Below, in pieces: positions 40,010 to 52,687 of a DNA stretch of 64,000 nucleotides (position 1 is its first letter; each line of letters starts with the position of its first letter). Under the pieces are notes generated by a model. It searched no databases. It had not been told where the DNA came from and saw only the letters and a list, made by a program, of their open reading frames with translations. Made by a program: the position numbers and the translations under genes. Source of the DNA: Kondoa subrosea (taxonomy: Eukaryota); assembly GCA_039545335.1 (NCBI GenBank), contig BCIN01000002.1, positions 757,118-821,117 of the forward strand, given 5' to 3'.

Positions 40010-43000
40010 ATGACCGAACAAGCTTCTGTACGCTTCGCAGTAGCCAACAGCAATGGCTCTAGCAGTCCAGCAAGCTCCGATCACATAGTTTATGGCTCTA
40101 ATGGTACTCGGTCTTCTTTGGTCGGGCTAGACTTGGCTGATCCTGTGAGCTCTCTTCCGCTTTTGGACTGACCGAATTACTCATATGATTCTATTGCATC
40201 AGGCCAATCGTAACGGGACTGCTCCAGAAGAAGTTCAAGCGGTTCGTCAAATTTCTGCCTCTTGACGCATCCGTTATCCCATTCAATAAATTTTTCTAGA
40301 GGTTGGAACAAAAGCGTCTAGAACATGAGAGACAGCGAGAAAAGCAGAAGCATCTGTTCGAAGCTCAAGTAACTCTAGCCATATATTTTCAGAATGATTA
40401 TCCTGACAAATTTGATTTCTCCTTGCTAGATGAAAGCACTGCAAGCTCAACAAGAAGCAGAAGAAGCAGAATTAATCAATGCTGTTCAGTCTGATGGCAG
40501 CTCTCCCGAACACAATTACAAGACATCTTACAAGACATCAGCAAGCGCGCCCGCTTCTCCTCCTGCTAATTCAGCCTCGGATTCAAGTCATGACGAGATG
40601 AGCAAATCCCAGATCATCACTGGTACCAAGAATGGTGCTTCAAATGGCAAGTCTTCCTCTTCGCGTTTCGCTCGCAGCAAATCCGGAAACGATTTAGTCG
40701 GTTTTGGTCAGACTTATGCCAGAGATGGTTCTTCCTCTGGTTCTACATCGCCAGTACAAGAGGTGTCTGCTTCAAGAGCTTCTTCTCGCTCTGGAAGTAC
40801 TGCTGCTATGCCGAACAACATGACAATGAGCGAAATTATTGGTGGAACGAATGGTGCTAGAAAGACTTTGCCTAAAAGTTTGCCTGCTAGTCGTCGTCAT
40901 TCGAAGAACGAGGACGAATCTAGAGCATTGGCGAATGGACTATCGCAGATGTCCATGGTAGAGTAAGTTTTATCATGCGTACCAGTTTTAGTCTTCGCTA
41001 AGTTGCGATCCAGTCGTCATGCGCGTCGTGGAGCATCTGAAGCCCCTCTTCTGACCAGTTTCCTCTTTGATGACGAGCTTGATGCCGATCTCAACAGTAT
41101 GCTAATTCTTACCCAATCTTCCGATGTCTTCTAATTAATCTGCCGCTCAAGGTTCTTTCGGTGGAAAATACCTCGCCATGAATACAGACGACGACGACAA
41201 GTTCCCTATCCTTGTTCGTAGAGACAGCTTTCCTGGGATTGTCAGTGTATTCCCATTTTTTGAGCAAAAACAAGGCTGATTACGTAATAACTTAGCTCTC
41301 GGCTTCTTCCGCTGCATTAGATCTGGCTCCTCTTTCACAGACACCTCCGAAATCCAGCTTCAGAGCCCAAGATTCAGGTCGAGGATCCGAATGGCCTTCC
41401 TTCAGCAACACCGCTCAATCAGCTCAGCGTCAACAGCGCGGTTTCCCTCAAGGACAGTCTTCTTCCTCTTTACAGCCACAATCTCCACAGCAGCATCGCT
41501 CTCCATCTGCATCTATGCTACCTCAACCACCTGCTTCGCCAAATCGCGCTCCTGGAAGTGGCCGAACATCACCTGTTGTCGAATTTAACAGTCCGGGCAA
41601 GCGTTCTGTCGGTCTTGGCATGTCGTCTACCGCTCCCAACAGTCCAGAAGATGTTCGCGCTGCCGGTAGTAAAAGATCTAGCATGATCTTGCCTACGACT
41701 GCCTCGATCAACGCTATGACAAGTCCTTTCGCTGCTGATCTGTCTTCTGCTGTATGTTATTCCTAGAACTCCGGTAATCATTGTTAATCCAGAGTATTAC
41801 AGTTCGCCAGCTCTGCTTTCAACCCGTATACTTCTCAAGCTCAAGGTCAAACTATGCTGCCTACTCAGAACGGTGATTTCTATTCTTACGGAACAGCTAA
41901 CGGAAGCAACGATTATGGTTACGGACGAGGACAAATGTACAATTCTTACCCTCATCAGCAACAGCAAGGTCGAGGCTACTATGGCAATCAGAAACAAATG
42001 GGCCAAGCTGGTTTAGGAAGAAGAATGGAAGAGGAGGCGAATCGTTTCGCTGGATTGAGGCTGGAAGATCTGCAGGGTGACATGGCCAGCTTGTGCCGAG
42101 ATCAGCACGGTTGTCGATTTCTGCAACGCAAACTAGAAGAAGGCAACCCTCAATATCGCGACATGATCTTTTCAGAAATCTACCCTCATTTCGCAGAACT
42201 TATGACGGATTCCTTCGGCAACTATTTGGCTCAACGTCTTTTGGAGTTTTCGACTGATGATCAGAAGAGCATCTTGATTGATAGCATTCACAACGATCTA
42301 GTCAACATCTCACTCAACATGTAAGCGCGAGTCGATATCGCATGAGTACTGCTGAGAGTGCTTTCAGTCATGGAACTCGTGCCATCCAGAGATTGATTGA
42401 TCACCTGACCACTCCACGCCAAATTCAGTCTTTGGTGAACGCTTTGCTCCCACATGTCGTTCTTCTGATCAAAGATTTGAACGGCAATCATGGTTTGTTT
42501 GCAATTCCATAACCTATTGCATTTGACTGAACTGTGATCCAGTCATTCAGAAATGTCTCAATTCGCTAAAACCAGAAGAAAACCAATTCATCTACAATGC
42601 TGTTGCAGAAAACTGCGTGGAAGTAGCGACTCATCGTCATGGCTGTTGTGTTCTCCAGCGCTGCCTCGATCATGCAACAGAAGCCCAGCGTCTTCAGCTC
42701 GTTACGGAAATCACTTATCAATGTCTCACTTTGGTTCAAGATCCGTTCTCCAATTACGTGGTCCAGTACTGCCTAGAATTTGACAGACGCTTCGTTGGTG
42801 CTATCATTCGTCAATTCCAAGGCAATGTTTGTGCTCTCAGCTGTCACAAATTCAGCTCGAACGTGAGTCTGATCGATTACAGGCGTCTGGTACTCTGACA
42901 CTGATGTTTTTATTCAGGTCATCGAGAAGTGCTTACGGGTCGCGGAACCGGACGGCAGAAGGCTGTTAATCGGTGAAATGCTGGAACGAGGTCGACTTGA

Positions 43001-43472
43001 ACGCTTGGTCAAGGACAACTTCGCCAACTATGTCGTACAGACCGCTTGCGACTTTGCAGAGCCTGTTCAGCGAGAACAATTGGTCTCTCAGATCAGACCA
43101 TTGCTGCCCATGATCCGCAATGTGAGTCTTCTTCCTTTCAAGGTCGATAACGGATTAAGTTCTGTTTCGCAGACTCCGTATGGCAAACGTATCGCTGCTC
43201 GTATTCAACGCGGTCCACAACCTCAAGGACCAGCTCGATTTGTTTCTTACCATCCGGTTGCCGGAGGTTTCCCTTATGCACCTCAGCCTGGATATGGACC
43301 ACCTCAGGGCATGAATGGTCAAGGCATGATGAATGATACGTATACTCAACAGCAAAGATCTTTCAGTTTGGGAGCCCCACTCCAAATGGGCGGAAACCAA
43401 TTTATGCCTTTTCAACAGCAAGACTACACTCAATCAATGAACAACGGATACGCATCACCTGCATTCCTGTAA
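40010..43472 (+). CDS. Pumilio/PUF RNA-binding protein (Puf4/Puf5-like)
   Basis: PUF repeats DQHGCRFLQ, DSFGNYLAQ, HGTRAIQ, DLNGNHVIQ, HRHGCCVLQ, DPFSNYVVQ, HKFSSNVIE and DNFANYVVQ, after a low-complexity N-terminus. The start is approximate. Confidence 0.95.
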
Positions 43473-43954
43473 AAACAAGACAAACGAAATTCTAGACATT
43501 TAATAAAGAAAAGCGCATTCAATTTCTTCTCCTAGACAACAACAACAACATTCTTATCTCAAATCTTTCAACAACAAGCTTCGCAACAACAAAAACTGTT
43601 TACTATTACTCCTTCATTCAAAATCATCTGGCGGATGATTACCTCAAATCTCTTGGGTTACTTCAGAAACAAGAAGATCTGAGTACTGTATTGGTTGTAC
43701 TTTATTTCATTGCACCAAGGGAAAGCTCAAGGGATGATGTTTCGAAGGAACACCTTCGAACTCTGAATCCAGCGGGTATTCTCTTTTGTATTTTAAGCAC
43801 GCTGAAGTGGGGTTTGCTTGCATTGTTGAAATAGTTATTCACTCCCTTGTATTGTAAACTATAACAGAACTTGTTCCCTCGCGTGCCGTATGCAATCAAC
43901 TTTGGCTGCGAATGAAACAACCTTTGTTTGTCACCCAAACCGCCGAGTCGAGTG

Positions 43955-45651
43955 ATGGGACCTAAAGCGAAAGTAACTAGCAAGAAAGCAACGCCTAAGA
44001 TACCTGATGCGACTCTAGTCTATTACAAGGAATGCCTCGAAGTAGGTCACAAGCATCCCCTCTACAGAAGCTGGAGTGAGAGGAGGGCTGATTCGATATA
44101 ATGTGCACAGCTGCTTGTGGTCCCAGAAATAGATGATCTAGTCATACCAGGGGAAGATCTAGCAGCTTGGAAGCGAGACCGAAAGCGAGAGAAAGAGCGA
44201 GATGAGTTGGAGCGTGCGAGAGCATCCAAGAAACGCAAGACTGAACATCAAGCTACACCGCCTAAAGCTGGTCTATTGGTCGTCGGCGACGATTCCTCTT
44301 CTACAGATGAACCTTTGCAGCAAGTGACGAAAGCGAGATCCAAATCGCCCAAGTAGGTTCTCGTCTCATGTGATCGAATGTCCTAGCTAATGACTGTAAG
44401 CAGGAAGGAAGTTGCCCCTTCACCTAAGGCATCTATATCCAAACTTATCAAAGCCGAAGAACCTCGTGCTTCAGCTAAAACGAAGTCAACCGAATCGAAT
44501 GCCAAGTCTCATCTGGCTGTCCCTTTACCAAGCAAACCAGCTGTTGTCCAATCACAAACTAAATCACCTTCTCCTGCTCCTGCTACGGCGGCTGTCCTAG
44601 CTAGTCCTGCTCCAGAACCAGAATCTATCTTTAGTCCGGAAGAGTTGCAAGAACCACCTGTTGAAGCGTTTACTCGTGACAAACTAAGGCATCTTCAAGC
44701 TCTGTAAGCCATTTCAGTATGATGCATTGATTTTGGAATGCTGATTTTGCGTATAGCTCGGCATCAAGAGGTCGTGCACTGAAACATTCTGGCGAAGGTC
44801 GAGTTCGAAGAGGTCCAAATGGTGAACCAGCAACCGATAAAGCTCGAATGCACAGTACATTAGAAATTTGCGATGCTTTGCTTTTATACATCTATTCCTT
44901 CTGGTGTGCAGATTTGGAAAGGGGCAGAATGGATCAATTTGGTCGATTGACGAAACCGGTGCCGGATGTCAGACAATGGGATAGTCTGGATGGAATGGCC
45001 AAGTTGGTTAGAGAAAGCGCTGAAGGACAGAGATTTGATGTTGTGGTCTGTTTGCTGTAAGTTAGGTTCTGCTTGAACACCTATAGACCTTGCTGATCTA
45101 AGGTGAATAGGAATCTCATGGAAGCTCTTGTCGAATCTCACTTGCAATGGCAAGAAAGACGAAACATCTACTCTATGACACACAACTTAAATAATCAACC
45201 TAGTCATCGTCGAGTTGCCTCTTCACAGCAACAACAGCAAATAGGGAGTACTGGGTCAGCTAATGGAAGTACTCCCGACTCCAGTGCACCTTCACCAGCA
45301 CCCGGTCTTTCTGACCCTTCAACACGAGCAATGCAAGAAATTCAACAACGTTTCCTCGCTCATTGTCTCAAGATGGAAGAAATTGCTCGGGTAATGAGTT
45401 TAGCTCAAAGTCTCTTATCTCTTTCCTCTCTTGCCAACGTACACAAATTACCTGGAATGGCTGCAATTTGTCAGAAATCCAAAACCTTGAGAAGAACAGT
45501 TGTGGAACCATCTAAACCTTGGAAATTCGCTTGGGGATTGGAAACAGAAGCTAGCTACAGTACTTTGGGTCAAGCGGTTTGCTTTGGTCGCGCGTTGCTG
45601 GAACAGGTTGCTATCAAGCATGGTATTGATTATAAGCCTGGGTGGGATTGA
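43955..45651 (+). CDS. Nuclear protein with a C-terminal helical domain resembling Ell-binding protein Ebp1/AFF4-CHD
   Basis: K/R- and P/S-rich N-terminus, then GRALKHSG..DALLLYIYSFWCAD..W.SL..FGRALL. Family recalled from memory. Confidence 0.5.
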
Positions 45652-45820
45652 TGTGGTGCCTTTCATGCTATTGTGTATACTTCTGATGTAAGGGAAGTTC
45701 AGACGAAACAGCATCAGCCGTGAAGCCCACTCTGGTACACTGCTTGTTCTGAACGACGTCTCGCCCGTGTTGATACAATGTTCGGATCTGTTTAGCATAA
45801 ACCGCCAGCTATCGTCTGCT

Positions 45821-47078
45821 ATGATACATCATCGCGTCCTGGAAATTGCAGAGCTCAAGTGAGCACTCGTTTGCGAGATTACAGCTCAATCTGATTTACC
45901 GTCGGAAGTGCCTACATACTTTCCTTCGTCTTGCCTTGCGAGACCCAATCTTCTCTCAGGCTAGCTTTGATAGCCAGATGGAATGATTATCAGCTCGATT
46001 ACTGGTTCGTATACTCTGCTGTCGCTCAGTGTTTGTTGATATACTTATTCTGTTTCTGTAACCTGCAGGGTTGACCGCGATTGGGGCAAGGGGTAAGCGA
46101 CTGACGTGGCACATGAGCTTCTACTCACTACTACGCAAGCGGTTCTGCTTTCACCGGAAGCTACAACCCTGAAAGGCATACCTTGCACTCTTACGAACCG
46201 TCAAGCGCTTTAGCTTTTGCCAATTTGTGTCTCGTCAAGAGGGACTGGTACGAAGCTGCGCAAGATTGTCTTTACTCCTTTATCGACCTCACTACTCTGT
46301 CAAATCGTCGACTTCGTCTCTTAGATGAATCCTTGACCATCAATCCGTATCTGGTGGATTTGGTTCTATCATTGCGCTGTGGACTCTATGAAGAATGTTC
46401 TGAAACACATCATTTGCAATCTAGTATCCTTTCACTGGTGGCCGGCAGTCTGAGGGTTCTTCAAATTTCAGGCAATGCTTATCCCGCCTGCCCGCCTCCG
46501 TCATTACATGGGTTCTCTCGACTGACTCACCTTCAGATTGCTCTATGGTCTCCTCCGCATAGCTCTATTCCAATTCATGAAAGCTTCTGGCAAGAACTTC
46601 ATCCTCCAATCGGACATATGGCGAAATTGCACAGAATACGGATTGATGGCGACGCTATGATGGGAATAAACCTACCTCGACCACAGCTCAAGTTAGAGAA
46701 TCTGAACTTTCGGCCTTTCCTCCAGAATGGGACTATGAAACAAGCTGATTTCAGCGTGTCGATATCGAACGCTCAATTTCAAACTTTGGCCGAACAAGCT
46801 CCTTTTCTGGAAAGTTTCTGTTTAGATCAGGAAGAATGCTGTATCAATAACGATAGCCTAGCGCTGAGGGCTTTCGTACCTGGAATGAGAGGATACAAGC
46901 ACGTTTACCCAGATTATGCCGTACGTTGCCATACTTATGCGGTTTTCAGATACTTTGGTCGAGCGAAAGAACTGCCTGGTGTGAAAGAGCTATTTGAAGA
47001 GCAGGGTAAGCGTCCTTCTCAATGTGCTGTGTCATCAATTATAGAGGGATGGTTACAGCCGCGGAAGCATCATTGTAA
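45821..47078 (+). CDS. F-box-like/LRR protein whose C-terminus is ISY1-derived (chimera)
   Basis: Spliced N-terminus MIHHRVLEIAELNAYILSF; NLCLVKRDWYEAAQDCLY and LRR-like LRVLQI/LTHLQI. The frame runs into VPGMRGYK/YFGRAKELPGVKELFE and stops at TAA 47076. Confidence 0.65.
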
Positions 47079-47575
47079 GCATCTTACAAAAAAGAGAGGA
47101 AAACAATCTTTGATGATGTTGGGCCAGAGTACTACGGAGATCAAGAAGAGCAGAACGAGGAGTTATCGAAGTCTGAACGAGAAGCATAGGAAGAGGGTAA
47201 GGACATGTCTATTACGACAAATGCTTACTCTGATTTATAACAAAGAGATTGGATGAGCAATGGGCTACTCTAGCAGCGATTATAGGATTCCCAGAAGATA
47301 CACCTGCACCACCTTGTCCTCGAGCAGAATACATTACATTAGGCGGATCTTCTTCAGCGACAACAGATGTCGATGAGAACTCAAGTACATCAGCTACAAC
47401 GGGAGAGAAGCGAAAAGCATCATTCATTGATGAAGAAGCAGCTACAAAGAAGATAAAAGGAGCCGGAGAAGGAAGTGGCGGTGGTCATCGAATCCTTACA
47501 GCGCTAAGAGCAATAGATCTGCATGCAGACGAGATAGAAAAGAAATGGGAGCAGCGCAGTAGAAATGATAGCTGA
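46878..47575 (+). pseudogene. ISY1: 3' half of splicing factor ISY1, decayed
   Basis: Isy1 signature GYKYFGRAKELPGVKELFE and PEYYGD..E. In-frame TAA at 47076, TAG at 47187 and a probable frameshift near 47250. No Isy1 N-terminal half is seen in the window. Confidence 0.8.
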
Positions 47576-47651
47576 CTGCAGGAACGCTCGCATTAGCTCA
47601 TCTAGATGCGATGAAGCCACTCTGCATTGGAAGTAGTACATTCTAATCATC

Positions 47652-48904
47652 CTACTCGTCCCCAGCAACCTGATCTTTGAGCATAACTTGTGACTTGGTT
47701 CTCTTGCGACGAGGTTGCGTGTTCTCAGTATCGGCGTATGCGCTTGTAGCTTCGCGAATGGGAGAAGAAGAAGAGGCTCGCCTACCCATTCTTTGAGCTG
47801 GTCTTCTAGTGATCGATCGAACTTAAAGATGGAAGTCAGAATTCGTGTTCTCGTGAGCGAGAGATGCCCACTTTGACGCTCATCTGGTACACTAGCTCTC
47901 GCTTGACCAATGGGATGTTGATCTGTAGAATCAATCATGTATCAGAACCATCCCTGGGTAGAATTGAACCGAAATGACTTACAAGTCAAATGAGAAGCCA
48001 ATCCATCAGTACCAGCATCACTGATTTCCATTACATGATCGCGAGGAGACTATATACTCAATAAGCTAGTGAATTGACTCATTGAAGCAGTACATACTGG
48101 GAGTCGATCTTCCTTGATGGCTGGTGATGCAAAAAGACCTTAGACTGAGATCCATAAGCCTAGCAGAGACTACTGACGGGTGCTCGGTCTCGGTAATGGG
48201 TCTCCAGGAGAACCGGCGACTTTGTCCATTTCAGTTGGTCCGGGCATGTCTTGCATGGCACCACCGGATGATTGAGGTTCTGTCAGGAGCAGCGATGTAT
48301 CAATCGTATGACACTCGGAAGACGCTAGCAAACCAGTCAAGGTCATGGATGCCATATCTAGCTGGTATTTCAGCATTGAAGTTGGTCAACAGCTTGTCTC
48401 GCTCACCATCTGCATTGTTCGCCATTGTAATGTCTACATCTTCAGACACTGTATGATCGGGATCACTGTCTTCGTCGATCAAGTGAATAATTTTGGCCGC
48501 AGCTTCAATCAATATGAATGAGAATATAGCCGAATCATGCAGTCCTGGAACAACATACTCAACAAGTCATCGTCGTCGAGGACCTTTGCGACACATGATG
48601 AAATTACATCTAGGCTTGCCAGTTCCTCTGCTGTTGCATCACGTCTGTCTTTGCCTTGCTCACATTCGCTGTACGCTCGCATGAAGAAGGCTACTCGAAG
48701 TGAGGCGTCCTCTTCTACTTCGGCAGAGTAATAGTAGACGAAAGCAGCAAAAGTGTTGTTGCTCTTTAAAGTGCCTTCTTGGTAGCGAATTTCTGCTGTA
48801 AATGTGCGCAAGGCGGCGTGCTGTCCAGTTGCATACATGTCTTGCATGTGAGTCAGTTCCGTCTGGAACAATGCAGTCAGCGGCTCAGCATCGCTAGACG
48901 ACAT
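47652..48904 (-). CDS. Orphan multi-exon protein (helical N-terminus, possible CxxC..H zinc finger, basic tail)
   Basis: ORFs 48509-49000 and 48300-48512 are joined by GTATGT..GAAG. A later exon reads VPCKTCPDQLKWTKSPVLLETHY; the protein ends PRRKRTKSQVMLKDQVAGDE*. Confidence 0.55.
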
Positions 48905-48964
48905 GGTGGACAATGCAAAAAGGCAATTGCAAGTTTTCCTCTGTCGACGAGTCCGAAAGCCAAA

Positions 48965-51900
48965 ATGGCTGCTTCTCTCGCTTTGTATGTCTCTTCGCAC
49001 TATCTGTCAATATCTGCACGTCTTGTGCTAACATCTGCTGCTTTCGTCAGCTCTTTGTCGCCGCAGCAAGAACTCGTGATTGACGAGATTGGGGTATCAT
49101 CTTTCCTCGGGCTCGTTCCAAAGTCTATTACCGCACCTACACCAAATGTGGCTCAAATTGCTTCTGCGCCCGCTCCTTGGAAAAAGGTTCCTATACACTT
49201 TGGAACTAGAATCGAATTCAGCTTGCACAAGAACTCAAAGGCTAGCTCTGGTTACAAAATGTACTTACGCGACCCTAGAGATACGACATTAAGTTTCTAC
49301 ATGACTATTAAATGTGACGACCTGACTGGCTATAAGAAGATGAAACCGGTTTCTCCTGATGAAGCACTCAAGATCATTGCTTGCATGGTGAACCAGATTC
49401 GCAAGGGAATCCACCAGAAAGAATTTGTGCTGAATGATCTTCTACTGTTTGAAAAAAGTGTCGGAGTGACAAAAGCCGAGATCCAGACCGTAAGGTCTTC
49501 TCATTGCCTGACGTAATCATTTCCTTACAACCCATGACAAACAGTCCCACGACTTGAAGAAGAAGGTCTTGGATAGGGCCATTCGAGAAGCAATCTTTCC
49601 AGATGATGATCCTGACGCGATCATCATCGAACCTACTGTCGAATTTATTGTCCTCCCTCGAAAGGCTCCACAAAACAATGTCAACGCTTCGACTCTTAGT
49701 GCCGTCAAGACTATTGACGGTATTCAATGTAGAGTTAAGATCAATCCTGGCAACATGTCTCCTTGTAAGTCTATCTTCCTGCCTTTCGAAATCCATGTTG
49801 ATTCTTGTGTAGTGGCACCCATTCAACCCGCATCTTCTTTGGTCGCAGACCCTGGAAAGAAGAAAGTAGTGATCAAGTGGGATCGAGCCAAACTACAAGA
49901 CCTCACCGCAGATGGTTATGCAAGTGTCCGCCAAGCTCAGATACTGGTGAATCATTTTGCGAACACGATGCAGTACCTGGTCAACAATCTCGACCGGTTA
50001 GTACTTGCTTCCTACTTTATAGCTTAGCCATCGCTTACAGCTGCATAGGGTCAGCAAGCAGGTTACGGCTCAGCGTATTGCTAACGAGCACCTTCAAGGC
50101 TGGCTGAGCGGTGCACAGGGTGAGTCATATGGCTTCTTTTCTGCCTTGAATAGATCTGATCTACCATAGGCGCACCGTTCTACCTACGCTTGGACAGCCG
50201 TGCTGATTGTATTAGAGTTGGCATCAATTGCTCGCCCAGCGGGATCAATGAAGCCGACGCTCGCCAATTTTCCTCCTATCAGCCGTTTAAAAAACCCAAT
50301 GAAAACGGTAGCCATGTACTGCTTCTTTCTTTTCCCTTATCGATCTTCCCTGGAGACGAAGAAGGCAATCATGTCGGCTTTGTGCACAACATGCGATATG
50401 CTGTAATGCAAGTCTTCGCGAATCACGGACTGCGCACTGCGGTGCACTACCTCAATTACATGCGCCATCAAATCGTCAAATTTGGGCTAGAAGAAGCTGT
50501 CTATCTTGTGCCCGAAATGTGCCCTTGTTCAGATCTGGGTAATGATATCCCTTGCTGTATAGAAACATACTGATCGATCATTGTTCAGAGAGCTTGACAA
50601 CCACTCATCCCTGTATGGTATGCAATATAGATACCGATCCATGCTGTCGCTTGATCTATAACGGGGAAGGATACGTAGGCTATTGCTCGCTTTCTAGGTA
50701 ACACAATACTCATGTTAGCTTCAGGTCCATCCCGTTTGTGACCCTGTTGGTGCATCAGGAAATGATGAGGTTGATCTTGACTTGGGAAGCTCTTCTGATG
50801 TGAGTTCAAACTTTTGTCCGTTCGCTTTTCTGAAGAGAATCTGCCATACAGACAATTTCTACACAACTCAAAGCATCGTTCACCCGCACCTATCTCCGCG
50901 CATCTTCTATCGCCAAACCAGCAGAAGACTTCAAAGACTTTGTCGAAAACACTGTGCAGAAGTCACGCAAAACCGTTAACGGTGTATCAATATTGGTTGA
51001 TATCCTCACTGGTGTACAGATGCAGTCGGAGAGTGGTCAGTCAATTAGAACTCACGCCTCACCCATGCCTAATATCTGAAACAGAGAATCCATTGATGCG
51101 ACCGATGCTAAACACTGGAGGTAAATTGGCACTAAGCAAAGATGGCAGCAAAATCGCTTCCGTCTCTTCCGACATAGCATGCCTACATCTTGCTGGTACC
51201 GGTCGCAAATCTGGTAACGGTGGTGCTGGTAATTGCGTGATTTTGACTTTTGGTAAGTCTGTGTTGTCGCTTCACATTGATGAGCTCATTATTGGTGCTT
51301 AGGTCTCCACATCAAGTTACTTAGAAAGCTGTTGAATATCTTAGAAGAATCTTCTGCAATTGATGAATCTGATTCCGGTCTACTGGAAGAATGCTATCGT
51401 TTCATGGATCAAACACTGGTCGAACTGAAATCGGATGCGGCAGCATGTGCTGTCTTTGAGAGGAAGCTACCACACCTGCGCAAGAAACGTGCTGTCACCC
51501 AAGTCAAAGTCGTCAAGCAATTCATTGGCTCGCTGGCCGCTCTGCAGAAGAAGTGGTTGCCTAAACAGCACCTCATCCGTTTGTTCCTCTTTCGAGGCTC
51601 TGCTTACATACTTAGGCCCATGTAGTATCGTCATCAGTCAATGCAACTACTCTACCAAGGACTGTAGAAATTGAACCTAGATCGAGCAGAAGAGTTTCGA
51701 TGCCACCGTTGTTGAAAGAAGTGCTCATTGGTATGTCAAGTCTTCCCGCCGCACACGGTCCTGATTTGTTTGTCGTTCTAGATTTTGCTGCTTTGTACAA
51801 TGTCACGCTTTGCGAATCCACCAGCGATAAGAGCTTTGTGACGATTAAAGAGGTTCATTAGTGTGATATCGTGCTCCTTTCATTGTCATGCTGACCAATT

Positions 51901-52529
51901 TATCATAGTTTTCAACTCTGTCATGGTCAGATGTCATTGCCATTTATCAAAAGCGTGTTGCAACCAACATTGTCTTCTGCGACTTGTGAGTCCTTGTATT
52001 TGGTGACTACTAGTGCCTTCCTAAAGACATGCAGTAAACATGGTTCTTGCCCCAATTTATCGCCATTCAACATGTTTACTTTGATGGTGCGTCAAGAGGG
52101 TAGATGCCATGGTCTCGACATGCCGGTTACGCATCAACAGTAAGCAGCCATTCCGGAGCGGATTTATGGGCTGATCTGATTTCTTCCAGACGATCTGCTC
52201 TTTCCGCTGCAATGGCACATGGCAAATCCCATGGCAGTACTGCATCTACTGGTTGGAGTAGACCTTCTCCAACTTCAGTCTCTCAATTTGATCCGGCCAA
52301 AAACAACATGGTAGTTGAAGCATCTGGTTTCAACCTCTCAAGACTCAACTATTCTGCCGATCAGTACGCTGAATTTGCTTCGGAATTAGTGGCAGCAGCG
52401 ATAAAGAACCGGTTCTCGCTATTCAAGAAGTGTAGTTTCTACCTACACTTATGCATGCTACTACGACCTGAACTTGAATATCGATTTGAAGCTAAAGATG
52501 TATTCGCTGCTTATGCATTGGAAGACTGA
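48965..52529 (+). CDS. Large orphan multi-exon protein (about 900-1000 aa) with a Cys-rich finger and two possible HNH-like repeats
   Basis: Successive plus-strand ORFs separated by about 50-nt GT-AG introns; CPC..HPCMVC..C..HPVC, GNCVILT and NNMVVEASGFNLSR. One junction near 51500-51540 is unresolved. Confidence 0.55.
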
Positions 52530-52687
52530 AGCTCGAACGTTGCGTGAGTAAGCATACAAAGCTCAGGATGAAAACACTAATCTCGTTGCTCGTAATCCGA
52601 AGCCTACAAACATGAAGCTTTATGGCTCCTGGTGACTGACTGGGTTGTACTAAGCAAGCTATCACAATCTGTATGAGCTACTGAACG

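Noticed and set aside
43473..43950. CAA-rich tract as a repeat array or ncRNA
   Set aside because: It is short, low-complexity sequence consistent with the PUF gene 3' UTR.
48965..52529. hAT or KDZ transposase
   Set aside because: No DDE/TRWNS or KDZ motifs and no terminal repeats were found.
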